From a virus (taxonomy: Duplodnaviria; Caudoviricetes), in IMG/VR virus record IMGVR_UViG_3300026549_000038, positions 64,001 to 128,000 of that record: a stretch of 64,000 nucleotides of DNA, one strand, 5' to 3'. Under the pieces are notes generated by a model, which was not told the origin of the DNA, did no database searches, and was given only the letters and a program-made list of their open reading frames with translations. Positions 1-8,566 of the stretch are shown here, piece after piece. A program made the translations under genes and the position numbers. The stretch's first letter is position 1, and the number at the start of each line of letters is the position of its first letter.

Positions 1-348
1 ACTAAAAATTCCTCGTACAAACCTTGCTCCTTTTGGTATCTTACATTTGAATATTGCTGTTCTTGTTTCTCCGAAATATCCGAAGTTTTCAGTCAAAAAC
101 CTCTGTGCTGATGCTTGAGATACGAAGGAATGAAATCCTTCTTCAACAACTAGACCTGACCATGTGCTGTCTATTTCAAGAGATGAATTTTCTAAGGTAT
201 ACAATACATTGAAACTATATTGCACTCCTCGGTAGTATGATAAAAACATAAATCCCCCTGAATGATATACTATTTTGAAGACTTTGTAACAAATGATGTC
301 TTCTTGTGCTGTTTCAATTTTAGTATTATCTCTTACTGAAAGACACAT
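1..348 (-). CDS. Hypothetical protein, 3'-truncated by window edge; paralog of 351..764
   Basis: Manual translation MCLSVRDNTKIETAQEDIICYKV...EEGFHS...KCKIPKG matches the motifs of 351..764. Confidence 0.8.
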   Translation of the reverse strand, partial: MCLSVRDNTKIETAQEDIICYKVFKIVYHSGGFMFLSYYRGVQYSFNVLYTLENSSLEIDSTWSGLVVEEGFHSFVSQASAQRFLTENFGYFGETRTAIFKCKIPKGARFVRGIFS

Positions 349-350
349 AA

Positions 351-764
351 CTAAACTTCCTCCAATACTATTATTCGTTCTGAACATATACTGTTAAAAT
401 GCTCTCCAAAGTCGTTGAAAACCCCCACTGCATAACTTGTTCCTGCAGGAATCAAGCACTTTACCACCACATATTTGTAGTTGATAAGATTTAACAACGT
501 TGCATATGTCTGTAGGCCTGACTTTAAGCGTTCTGCTTCTTGTTCATTAGAAACAGAATGAAATCCTTCTTCTACGCATGGTCCTATTGCAAATATGTGT
601 TTTACTGTTATAGGAGTTTCTGACACACGCATGGTGCCACATTTATAGCGCATATTCTGATAAGGGGATGTTAAAATCTCACCCCATTTCTCCATTACCT
701 TATAACAAATGATATCTTCTTTCGCTACTTTTATTCCTGATTTTTCAGTTAAATACAAACACAT
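351..764 (-). CDS. Hypothetical phage protein (EDIICYKV/EEGFHS/CLIP family)
   Basis: 137-aa ORF, tandem paralog. Confidence 0.8.
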   Translation of the reverse strand: MCLYLTEKSGIKVAKEDIICYKVMEKWGEILTSPYQNMRYKCGTMRVSETPITVKHIFAIGPCVEEGFHSVSNEQEAERLKSGLQTYATLLNLINYKYVVVKCLIPAGTSYAVGVFNDFGEHFNSICSERIIVLEEV

Positions 765-766
765 AT

Positions 767-1132
767 CTAAATCAAATTGTTAAGACAATACTTTATTCCT
801 GCTTCAGCTGCTTCTTCGTAAGTGATATATATTGTATTGGATTCATATTCGCTAACTTGGGATGGGAAATTTACAATCTCAAACCACCACTTATCACATG
901 TTGGTGAATTTTGATGATATGGATATATTTCAAGTTTATGCACATCTCTTAACCACCTCATTGCCATTTGGAGAGTAGGCGCTAAAATAGAATTCGTAGG
1001 GTTGTTCATAATCAGTATACCTGTGGGAGCATATGTGTTGAACCCATAATTTACGGGAACTAAACTATCGTCAAACCCCTTCTCTTTTAATAGTTTTGCT
1101 GTTTCAAAACTTACGTAATCTTCTGTAATCAT
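767..1132 (-). CDS. Hypothetical protein (YVSFETAKLLKEKGF family of Bacteroidota phages)
   Basis: Recognisable N-terminal motif plus APTLQ and YEEA motifs. Confidence 0.75.
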   Translation of the reverse strand: MITEDYVSFETAKLLKEKGFDDSLVPVNYGFNTYAPTGILIMNNPTNSILAPTLQMAMRWLRDVHKLEIYPYHQNSPTCDKWWFEIVNFPSQVSEYESNTIYITYEEAAEAGIKYCLNNLI

Positions 1133-1180
1133 AACTCAAGTTCTTTACCAATTCTGCTCATATGTTATTTTTTGTTGGGT

Positions 1181-1867
1181 TTATTTCAACAACGCGAAAT
1201 AATCCTTAATCCAGTCTGAATTAATATATGTATTTATGCCGAGATTTCTCATGGTTTTAGTAATATTGATGTACCGAAGCATATATTTGTCGTATGGTTG
1301 ATGATTCTTATATTTTTTATACATGCTCAATCTTGCACTGAACTGTTTATTCCTCCATCTTTGAATCTCGACCTTTGTGAGATTACAAGAATCCACGTTT
1401 TTTTGAGGTTTAAATAATGACTCAATATCTTTATCAGTCAAGAGGAGATCTCTCAAATTTTCGCTGGTTTTGTTTGATTTATCAATAGATTTCGCTGGTT
1501 TAAGCTTCTTAGATTTCGGCTTTCCTGCATCTTTGCGCTTCATCCTTGGTTTCTTAATCAGTTTTTTGTCTATGATATACGGCACAACCTCTTTATATAT
1601 CTTACCCCAGTCCCAATCCCCGTTGGAGAAGATGTCGCTGTTCTTCCAAGAAAATGTTTTAACAACATCATCCCCTCGATACAAATCAAATTCAGTAACC
1701 CCGGTTTTCTCATTTGTCTCTAAGGCACCTGCGAGATTTCCAGCATCACAGAATACCTCCCAGCATCGGTTCCATGAAATATCAGCCAATGGTACTTCCT
1801 GATTTAAAGCGTATGTCATTTTTCTGTATGGAAGATCTGCTCGTTTTGTATATACTTCGTGTTCCAT
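1181..1867 (-). CDS. Hypothetical protein
   Basis: 228-aa ORF directly downstream of the promoter motif at 1901-1928. Confidence 0.7.
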   Translation of the reverse strand: MEHEVYTKRADLPYRKMTYALNQEVPLADISWNRCWEVFCDAGNLAGALETNEKTGVTEFDLYRGDDVVKTFSWKNSDIFSNGDWDWGKIYKEVVPYIIDKKLIKKPRMKRKDAGKPKSKKLKPAKSIDKSNKTSENLRDLLLTDKDIESLFKPQKNVDSCNLTKVEIQRWRNKQFSARLSMYKKYKNHQPYDKYMLRYINITKTMRNLGINTYINSDWIKDYFALLK

Positions 1868-1900
1868 TAATGTTTTCCGTTAAGACTATTGTTATGATTA

Positions 1901-1928
1901 TATATAACAAGATTTATAAAAAATTTAG
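1901..1928 (-). promoter_or_regulatory. Phage promoter motif CTAAA-N16-TTATAT(A/T) (representative copy)
   Basis: Same motif and spacing at 3545, 10896, 13789, 14799, 23466, 25254 (minus) and 25520, 26075 (plus); each lies upstream of a co-oriented gene or RNA block. Confidence 0.75.
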
Positions 1929-1945
1929 TAGAATGACGTATAAAT

Positions 1946-3286
1946 TTAAACCGTTCTTCCGTGTTCATACACGTATTTCAAGATAGGAAACCTGAGCGAG
2001 TATTCTCCTGTTTTCTTGTCCATAGTCTCTTCAAAATATTGCACTGTGATGGTTTTTCCGACGATCAAATTGCGGTCTTTTCTCCAGGCTATTCTCTGTT
2101 CCTTGCTGAGCCCGCTACCTACCTTCACTACATTTCCTTTATACCTTATACACAGAGCAGAGATTACATCGTATGTCTTCGTTCCTCCTTCGTTATATAC
2201 GGCTTGACCTTCTATCACGTCTTCCACTACAAATTCTGCGTCTTGCATCTTCTTTACTTTGATCAAGTCTTTGGTTCTGCCGGATTTGTATGGAACGTTC
2301 TTTCTAAGCATTAGGCCTTCCCATCCTTCTTTTTTAACTATCTCCTGAGCCTGATTAAACTGCTCTTCTGTCAGCAAAAGATCTTGCTTGAGAACTTCCA
2401 CATCGCTCGGAGTTCCGGATTCATAGTAGAGTTCACACATGTTCTGATATCTGATAGAAAAATCCGGACTTGTTGCCTGCCCAAGAAACTCATCATATTT
2501 TACTATATCGAACCACATAAATTTTGGGTTTGAAATGGTGTGGTTCTTTCTTGTCACTTCACTCATCAGACCGCGGAAGTTCTCCTGGTCCTTTTCATCT
2601 ATCAAACACACTTCTCCGTCGAGTACCCAATGCCCGTTGAGCATTTCTGTTATTTTTTTGATGGATGGGATGAGATTGTCTAACGTATTGAATTCCTTGC
2701 CTTGTCTGGAAATGAATTTAACTTCCTGATTCAAATTTCCATCTGGCTGTATCTCGTTGATAATGTGAATGTTACATCTGCAACCATCGAGCTTTCTGCT
2801 CATGTAATATGTTCCATCGAATATATCTACTCCTTTGACATCCTGGAGTTTCTCTGCAAGAGCCACCTGATACTTCTTTATAGCTTGTATTCCAACAGCA
2901 TTGTTATAGTTATCAAGACTGACACCTATTTTCAGATTGCGATCGAGGATTCTTGCAAGTATGTCGCGATCTTCCGCAACGAAACTTCCTATAGTCTCTT
3001 CAACCCAGTCTATTGCGGCTTGGCCCGTGACCTCTCTTTTGGAAAGCGAGATGAGCATGTCATGAAAGACGGCGTAATTCTCATCTATAGTGTTCACTCC
3101 TAAGATATCCGGATGTGGCATTTCAAACTTCTTTACATAATACTTCTTGCTTTTGTCATAAGTATCTTCAAAGATTTGATGCAACAGTTCTGAATTGTGG
3201 GCTTGTATCAGCGTCTTCTTGTCTGTTGCACCGGGAGTAGCAGCGATGATAGAAAATAAGTCTCGAATGTTCGGATAGATATTCAT
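1946..3286 (-). CDS. ATP-dependent DNA ligase
   Basis: KLDGCR motif I, LDGE, WFDI, EGLMLR, KVK, OB-fold VGSG and SLRFP. Confidence 0.95.
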   Translation of the reverse strand: MNIYPNIRDLFSIIAATPGATDKKTLIQAHNSELLHQIFEDTYDKSKKYYVKKFEMPHPDILGVNTIDENYAVFHDMLISLSKREVTGQAAIDWVEETIGSFVAEDRDILARILDRNLKIGVSLDNYNNAVGIQAIKKYQVALAEKLQDVKGVDIFDGTYYMSRKLDGCRCNIHIINEIQPDGNLNQEVKFISRQGKEFNTLDNLIPSIKKITEMLNGHWVLDGEVCLIDEKDQENFRGLMSEVTRKNHTISNPKFMWFDIVKYDEFLGQATSPDFSIRYQNMCELYYESGTPSDVEVLKQDLLLTEEQFNQAQEIVKKEGWEGLMLRKNVPYKSGRTKDLIKVKKMQDAEFVVEDVIEGQAVYNEGGTKTYDVISALCIRYKGNVVKVGSGLSKEQRIAWRKDRNLIVGKTITVQYFEETMDKKTGEYSLRFPILKYVYEHGRTV

Positions 3287-3297
3287 ATTAATATTTA

Positions 3298-3507
3298 TTA
3301 AAGTACTTTAATTACTGCATAAACCACGCACATTATTATAAAAATTCCAAATAATATACCACCGATCACCAATATTCTTGTGAGTGAATCCATACCCCTC
3401 CAACCGTTCTCTCTAATGACCTGTACTATTATCCAAGTTCCTAGCCCCAACGGGAACAAACTCAGCAGTGATACAAAAACGTAAAGTATAATTCTGAAAG
3501 TTGCCAT
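3298..3507 (-). CDS. Small two-TM membrane protein
   Basis: Two hydrophobic segments. Confidence 0.6.
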   Translation of the reverse strand: MATFRIILYVFVSLLSLFPLGLGTWIIVQVIRENGWRGMDSLTRILVIGGILFGIFIIMCVVYAVIKVL

Positions 3508-3636
3508 AGTTGTATGTTTTATAGCTGGTAATTATTTATGTTTATATATAATAGAAATCTCAGAAAATTTAGAAAAAATAAGTTAAAAAACCTAGGCGGT
3601 CTTCAGCCGCCTAGATGAATTAACTATTTCAACAGT

Positions 3637-4053
3637 TTAACTTTGATTTTTAATATATTCTAATACTTTATTTTCTGATACATTTCCTATAGTGGTTATA
3701 AAATAGGATTCAGACCATAATCGTTTTTTATTAGTCCAATAAAATTTCTTTAAATAATCATAATTGTTTCTATATAGGTAGTTTGTAGTATATTGTTTTA
3801 ATCTATTTACTGTTTGAGATATACTATATTTTGGAGGAAATGATATTAATAAATGAATATGATTTTTATCTAAATTCATTAAATGTATTTTTATATCAGA
3901 ATGTAAAGCACATTGATTAAATGATTCTAATACATCATTTTTTATTTGTTGTAAACAACTCCTTCTATATTTGGTTGTCAATATAAGATGATATCTTAAT
4001 CTAGTTTTTGAATGCCTATAACATTCATATATCATTTTCTGATCTTTATTCAT
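3637..4053 (-). CDS. tnpA: IS200/IS605 Y1 (HUH) transposase
   Basis: YHLILTTKYRR, NHIHLL HUH motif, LWSESYF, YIKNQ catalytic Tyr. Confidence 0.95.
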   Translation of the reverse strand: MNKDQKMIYECYRHSKTRLRYHLILTTKYRRSCLQQIKNDVLESFNQCALHSDIKIHLMNLDKNHIHLLISFPPKYSISQTVNRLKQYTTNYLYRNNYDYLKKFYWTNKKRLWSESYFITTIGNVSENKVLEYIKNQS

Positions 4054-4130
4054 ACTAAAATGTTTTTTATAATAAATTTAAAATGTTAGTAGTGTGTCTT
4101 TATTATATAAATATAAGATAATTCATTTAA

Positions 4131-5390
4131 ATGTTAAAAGAAGAGAAAAATAAAATATTAAAAGAAGCTATAAGTGCTACTCGCTCTAAGCGAGCTCTTC
4201 AAACATGTAAAACATTTAAATTTAAAATAGATAAATCATCCCTTTCTAAAGAACAAAAAGAATCCATTAAAATGTTCTTTGTTGAGGCAAAAAGAACATA
4301 CAATTATATATTAAATGATATAAATAATGGAGTTGATTTATTTGAATATGATTATAAAAAATTAAATCATATAACATATCTCGATAAAGATAAGAATCTT
4401 ATAGAATATGATAATAAATATATTAAAACGTCAGTTATTCAAGAAATAATAGCTGGTATGAAATATTCTATAAAAGGACTTTCAGCTTCGAAGAAAAACG
4501 GTAATAAAATTGGTGCTTTAAGATTTAAATCCGAATGTAATAGTATTAGTTTAAAACAATATGGTGTCACACATTCCATAAAAGGAAATAGAATTAAAAT
4601 ACAAGGTATTAAAAAACCAATAAGAGTAAACGGGTTAAAACAATTAAATCAATATGAAAATATAGATTATACCGTTGCTAATCTATTATATGATGGGTAT
4701 GATTACTTTATATCATTAACATGTTATATAGATAAAGAAAATAAGATAAAAAATAATAATATAATAGGAATCGATCTTGGTTGTGAAACTACTGTAACAA
4801 CTTCTGATGGTGGAAAGATGAAAATAACAATTGAAGAAAGTGAACGATTAAAAGGATTACAAGCCCGTCTTGCTACTCAAACAAAGCGTTCTAACAATTG
4901 GTATAAAACAGTTTCTAAAATCAGAAAAGAATACAATAGGATAAACAACAAAAAAGAAGATATCTCTAATAAGATAGTTAATAAGTTAACTCAAAACAGT
5001 ATTGTTGTCATGCAGGACGATCAAATAAATGAATGGCATGAAAGTGAACATATTTCTAGGACAGTACAACATTCTATTATCGGACGTATAAAATCCAAAT
5101 TAAAGAAGTGCGATAATGTTATTGTGTTGGATCAATGGTTCCCGACTACAAAACACTGTTTTGATTGTGGACATGATAATAATTTATCACTATCTGATAG
5201 AATATTTATATGCCCTCATTGTGGTGTTGAATATGATAGGGATGTACATGCTGCTAATAACATGATTGATTACTATATAAAAATAAAGTCGGCAGGAACT
5301 GTCGACTTAAAGCCTGGGAGAAAGGTTATTTATAGTAAATATAAGTATCTTTTCGAGCAGGAAGCTCAGTCGCCTTTAGCGGCTGAGTAG
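4131..5390 (+). CDS. tnpB: TnpB RNA-guided nuclease family protein
   Basis: GIDLG RuvC-I, CxxC/CxxC zinc finger, DRDVHAA RuvC-III; ORF runs into right-end hairpin. Confidence 0.93.
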   Translation: MLKEEKNKILKEAISATRSKRALQTCKTFKFKIDKSSLSKEQKESIKMFFVEAKRTYNYILNDINNGVDLFEYDYKKLNHITYLDKDKNLIEYDNKYIKTSVIQEIIAGMKYSIKGLSASKKNGNKIGALRFKSECNSISLKQYGVTHSIKGNRIKIQGIKKPIRVNGLKQLNQYENIDYTVANLLYDGYDYFISLTCYIDKENKIKNNNIIGIDLGCETTVTTSDGGKMKITIEESERLKGLQARLATQTKRSNNWYKTVSKIRKEYNRINNKKEDISNKIVNKLTQNSIVVMQDDQINEWHESEHISRTVQHSIIGRIKSKLKKCDNVIVLDQWFPTTKHCFDCGHDNNLSLSDRIFICPHCGVEYDRDVHAANNMIDYYIKIKSAGTVDLKPGRKVIYSKYKYLFEQEAQSPLAAE

Positions 5391-5407
5391 TTCACTGATT
5401 TGAAATA

Positions 5408-5440
5408 AAAAAGAGAACCCGATCGTAATCAGGTTCTCTC
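5408..5440 (-). terminator. Intrinsic terminator after queE
   Basis: GAGAACC/GGTTCTC stem followed by T run on minus strand. Confidence 0.65.
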
Positions 5441-5542
5441 GTGACAATATCCTGTCAAGTAAAGGGGTTACTTTAGAACACCATAATGACGGATATCAAA
5501 AGAAACGCAAGCGTTAAACCCCTCCAGCATATAAATAATAAT

Positions 5543-6388
5543 CTACACTCCTCGTTTTGTATCCCAGATTCTAATATGAAGTCTATCACTATACCCCCAG
5601 CCGTTCTCCAGTGCTTTCTCAGCAGTCTCGAGGCAAGCCGCATCGATATCTTCCTTAGTTATTCCTTCAGGCATTAAAAGTGTGTAGTTGTTTGGGTGGT
5701 TTCTCATCCACCAACGGAGCTGTGCACTGTCCCCCATGTCCACATGCTTGCTCATCAGAGCATAGATTTCTTTTATCTCGTCTATGCATTCTGGTCCGCT
5801 ATAAACAAACTTCATCTGATATGGAACCCCGGTACTGACTATATTAAATAAGACTTTTGGATTGATTCTCGAGCGATTGTGATTGTCTATTTGCTCTTGC
5901 GAAAGGATAGTTGTATCTTTGGCTACACTAGTACTAAGTTTTGGGCTAATGCTATAAAGACTCACCTTGTAATTTCGGGCAAGCGGATTCAGTGGCATCT
6001 GCGTTCCATTAGTTTCTATGGTAACTATCCAGTCCTTAATAGTGAATGCTCGTCCAAGAAATTCTTCCAATGCCTTATGATGCAGAAGCGGTTCTCCGCC
6101 AGTAATCACAAGATGCTTTACTTTTTGATGCTTATTAACGATTTCCTTCATCTTTTGAAGAGCTTCATCTTCACTATACGAAGGTTTCTCTGGGTTGAAA
6201 CTACTATATGGTGTATCACAACGCGTATGTCCAAACACACATCTCAGATTACACCCGCTCGTGCGGATAAAAATAGAAGGCTGCCCTGCATAAATTCCTT
6301 CTCCTTGAATACTATAAAACAATTCTATAATAGGAAGCATATTAATTATGTTATTTTTTGTCATTTGCTTTTCTGTCGTCGTACTCAA
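5543..6388 (-). CDS. queE: 7-carboxy-7-deazaguanine synthase (radical SAM)
   Basis: ELFYSIQGEG, GCNLRC..RCDT, VITGGEP, IETNG, SISPK, RLH. Confidence 0.92.
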   Translation of the reverse strand: MSTTTEKQMTKNNIINMLPIIELFYSIQGEGIYAGQPSIFIRTSGCNLRCVFGHTRCDTPYSSFNPEKPSYSEDEALQKMKEIVNKHQKVKHLVITGGEPLLHHKALEEFLGRAFTIKDWIVTIETNGTQMPLNPLARNYKVSLYSISPKLSTSVAKDTTILSQEQIDNHNRSRINPKVLFNIVSTGVPYQMKFVYSGPECIDEIKEIYALMSKHVDMGDSAQLRWWMRNHPNNYTLLMPEGITKEDIDAACLETAEKALENGWGYSDRLHIRIWDTKRGV

Positions 6389-6914
6389 ATACTCCTTTCT
6401 CCTTTTTGTAATTGTTCAAAAGCTCGCGTCTTTCGTCATAGAAGTTGCTCTGCTGGTAGATGTTTATATGTTCCCAATCAGCGTCTACCCAGCAGTTCGG
6501 TGTCTCGTACAATCGAACACTTTTCAACCAGATGTTGTCAGTGTTCATCAAAAGACTGATAGCCATGAAAAGCTCTTTAGATATATGTTCCGCGCTGGGG
6601 TTACAATAATTGGTCCCGTTGAGAGACATCTTCCAGAGTTTTAACCCCATTTCATTAATTACTTTGATCAATTTCTCATCTTTCGGGTTGGCAATCATCC
6701 CATGATCAAAATAATCATCAATAAAAGCACATGCAACTCTTTTAATTTCTTTGAAGTCGATAGCATATCCAAGACCTTCTTCTTCCTTGAATTCAAAAGT
6801 TAACTCATAGTCAAATCTATGACCGTGTAGATTAAAACATTTCACTCGTTCATTCATCACTCTGTGAGCGGCATCGAACGATCCTTTTCTTGTAATTGTT
6901 TGATAAATTCCCAT
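6351..6914 (-). CDS. queD: 6-carboxy-5,6,7,8-tetrahydropterin synthase
   Basis: FDAAHR, CFNLHGH, IDF, FDH, PSAE, LYETP. Confidence 0.92.
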   Translation of the reverse strand: MGIYQTITRKGSFDAAHRVMNERVKCFNLHGHRFDYELTFEFKEEEGLGYAIDFKEIKRVACAFIDDYFDHGMIANPKDEKLIKVINEMGLKLWKMSLNGTNYCNPSAEHISKELFMAISLLMNTDNIWLKSVRLYETPNCWVDADWEHINIYQQSNFYDERRELLNNYKKEKGVFEYDDRKANDKK

Positions 6915-7107
6915 ATTATAATATATTTTAACAGTCTGAGTTATTTATCTGTATTTGTATTTAAAGTTTATATATACTGTAAATACCAACCAATCGAAAA
7001 TGAGATACCTGTCTCCCCAGTCGTTCTCCCACCGAAGAGAAGGCAAGAAATAGAATGTCACGTGCTTGCATGCTTTGTTACATTTTCTTCTCTCAAACCA
7101 AACGCGT

Positions 7108-7704
7108 CTAACTCCTAGCATTTTCATGGTTTTCTATGGCTTCTTTTCTATATTCTTGCAAGCGTTTTACATACTCTGGAGTTTTATAATATCCGCAGCT
7201 TTTCAATTCTGGACAGAACCCGCGGTAGATGCATTCAGGAACCATTTTCGATGCAAGAACCGGGTCTATATCCTGTATTGCTGCTTTGACCTGTTTCCAA
7301 GCTTCTCGTGTTTCGGGAGAAGCACAACTACAGAGTCTTTTTCTTGAAATGTTTATCAATGATTGTGCGTTGGCAGACATAAGCATGTCATTCAAAGATC
7401 CTTGGGGCATCTCGTCTCTCGAAACTGGATTTTCTCTTCGATCGTCTCTTTGACTGTGCACGAACTTTTCGCAACCTTCGTGGTGTCGAACCAGATGAGT
7501 GGTTACCCATTGTTTTATGTCTTCCCATTTCCAGTCATACTCAACCAGTCTTATAGGAGAATGTTCGGCTAGAAGCATCTTTGCTTCCCAGTCAGAGCTA
7601 ACTTTGTGATTATCAGGCAGTTGCGACTTACCAACAGTCTGCCTGGCGGCGTTCAATGCACGAATCCAAGGTGTAACTTGTTGTATATTAATTACTTTCG
7701 ACAT
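7108..7704 (-). CDS. thyX: FAD-dependent thymidylate synthase
   Basis: AARxT, EHSPIR, HLVRH...SQR, RLC..A..ETR. Confidence 0.85.
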   Translation of the reverse strand: MSKVINIQQVTPWIRALNAARQTVGKSQLPDNHKVSSDWEAKMLLAEHSPIRLVEYDWKWEDIKQWVTTHLVRHHEGCEKFVHSQRDDRRENPVSRDEMPQGSLNDMLMSANAQSLINISRKRLCSCASPETREAWKQVKAAIQDIDPVLASKMVPECIYRGFCPELKSCGYYKTPEYVKRLQEYRKEAIENHENARS

Positions 7705-7709
7705 ATAAA

Positions 7710-7919
7710 TTAAAAATCGTATGTTTCTTCTTTTTCTATATCTCCGAGTTTATCAAATAACTTCCAATCTGTTTTGAAAAAATACTTTCCGTATCCTCCA
7801 TCAACTAACAACTCAAACGAATCATCATATTCTACAACAATTTCTTTTGGTGCACAAATAGATACGTCTGCGTTGTTTTTATTAATCAAAAATACAAAAT
7901 CTGTTATGCCGTCTATCAT
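7710..7919 (-). CDS. Hypothetical protein
   Basis: 69-aa co-oriented ORF. Confidence 0.55.
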   Translation of the reverse strand: MIDGITDFVFLINKNNADVSICAPKEIVVEYDDSFELLVDGGYGKYFFKTDWKLFDKLGDIEKEETYDF

Positions 7920-7940
7920 ATATTATTGAAAATTTAATTG

Positions 7941-8026
7941 TACCGGAGACGGGAATCGAACCCGCACGACCTTTTCGGATCATTGGATTTTAAGTCCAAA
8001 GCGTCTACCTATTCCGCCACCCCGGC
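7941..8026 (-). tRNA. tRNA-Leu(TAA)
   Basis: Full cloverleaf, long variable arm, CT-TAA-AA loop, no intron. Confidence 0.95.
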
Positions 8027-8179
8027 TCGTCTATCGAGTGCTTTGAGAACTTTCCTATCGTATTTTCTCTTGTTCTTAACAACTCTTGTAGGTCTTGTAC
8101 TAATAAGCTTCCCGAAGGTTTCAATTTCGAGCTTTCTATCTACAGCCTTTATACTTTTTATGTATGTTCTCTTTCTCAA
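8009..8179 (-). CDS. 56-aa basic protein, ArfA-like candidate; stop codon lies inside tRNA-Leu
   Basis: TTG start overlapping upstream TGA; MRKRTYIKSIKAVDRKLEIETFGKLISTRPTRVVKNKRKYDRKVLKALDRRAGVAE. Confidence 0.6.
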   Translation of the reverse strand: MRKRTYIKSIKAVDRKLEIETFGKLISTRPTRVVKNKRKYDRKVLKALDRRAGVAE

Positions 8180-8562
8180 TTTTCGTTGTTTGTAAATGGA
8201 GCCAATAAAGTAATTACATCGTTTAAATTATAAACGTTTATGTTTAACGATTGGTGCTGCTTATTGTCTGTGTTCCCACCAGGGACTGCCAAATACATAA
8301 AATAGCACTGTAAGAACTCATGTTTATTGCCTCCATCTGAATCAGAAACGTATCCAGGTTCTGCTCCCCACGAGAATACAACAGCATGTTGGTCTGCAGG
8401 ATTGATTACATCTTGTCTCTCTCCATTAATGATTATAGTTTGTGTTGTCCCTGGAGTCCACCAGATCTTATACCACCCCTCTAATCCTTTTTCTGGGTCT
8501 TTATGATACATGAATTTACGATCTTTCAACCAGACTTCTATTTGCTTTTTTAATTCTTCCAT
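8176..8562 (-). CDS. Hypothetical protein
   Basis: 128-aa co-oriented ORF. Confidence 0.7.
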   Translation of the reverse strand: MEELKKQIEVWLKDRKFMYHKDPEKGLEGWYKIWWTPGTTQTIIINGERQDVINPADQHAVVFSWGAEPGYVSDSDGGNKHEFLQCYFMYLAVPGGNTDNKQHQSLNINVYNLNDVITLLAPFTNNEN

Positions 8563-8566
8563 CTAT

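Larger units (their letters stand above)
3573..5395 (+). mobile_element. IS200/IS605-family element (divergent tnpA/tnpB)
   Basis: Left hairpin CTAGGCGG/CCGCCTAG 3592-3614 preceded by AAAC; right hairpin 5365-5387 preceded by GAAG and ending TCAC at 5395; TTAG target at 3569-3572. Confidence 0.9.

Noticed and set aside
5405-5530. preQ1 riboswitch
   Set aside because: Downstream of the que genes and lacks recognisable preQ1 aptamer motifs
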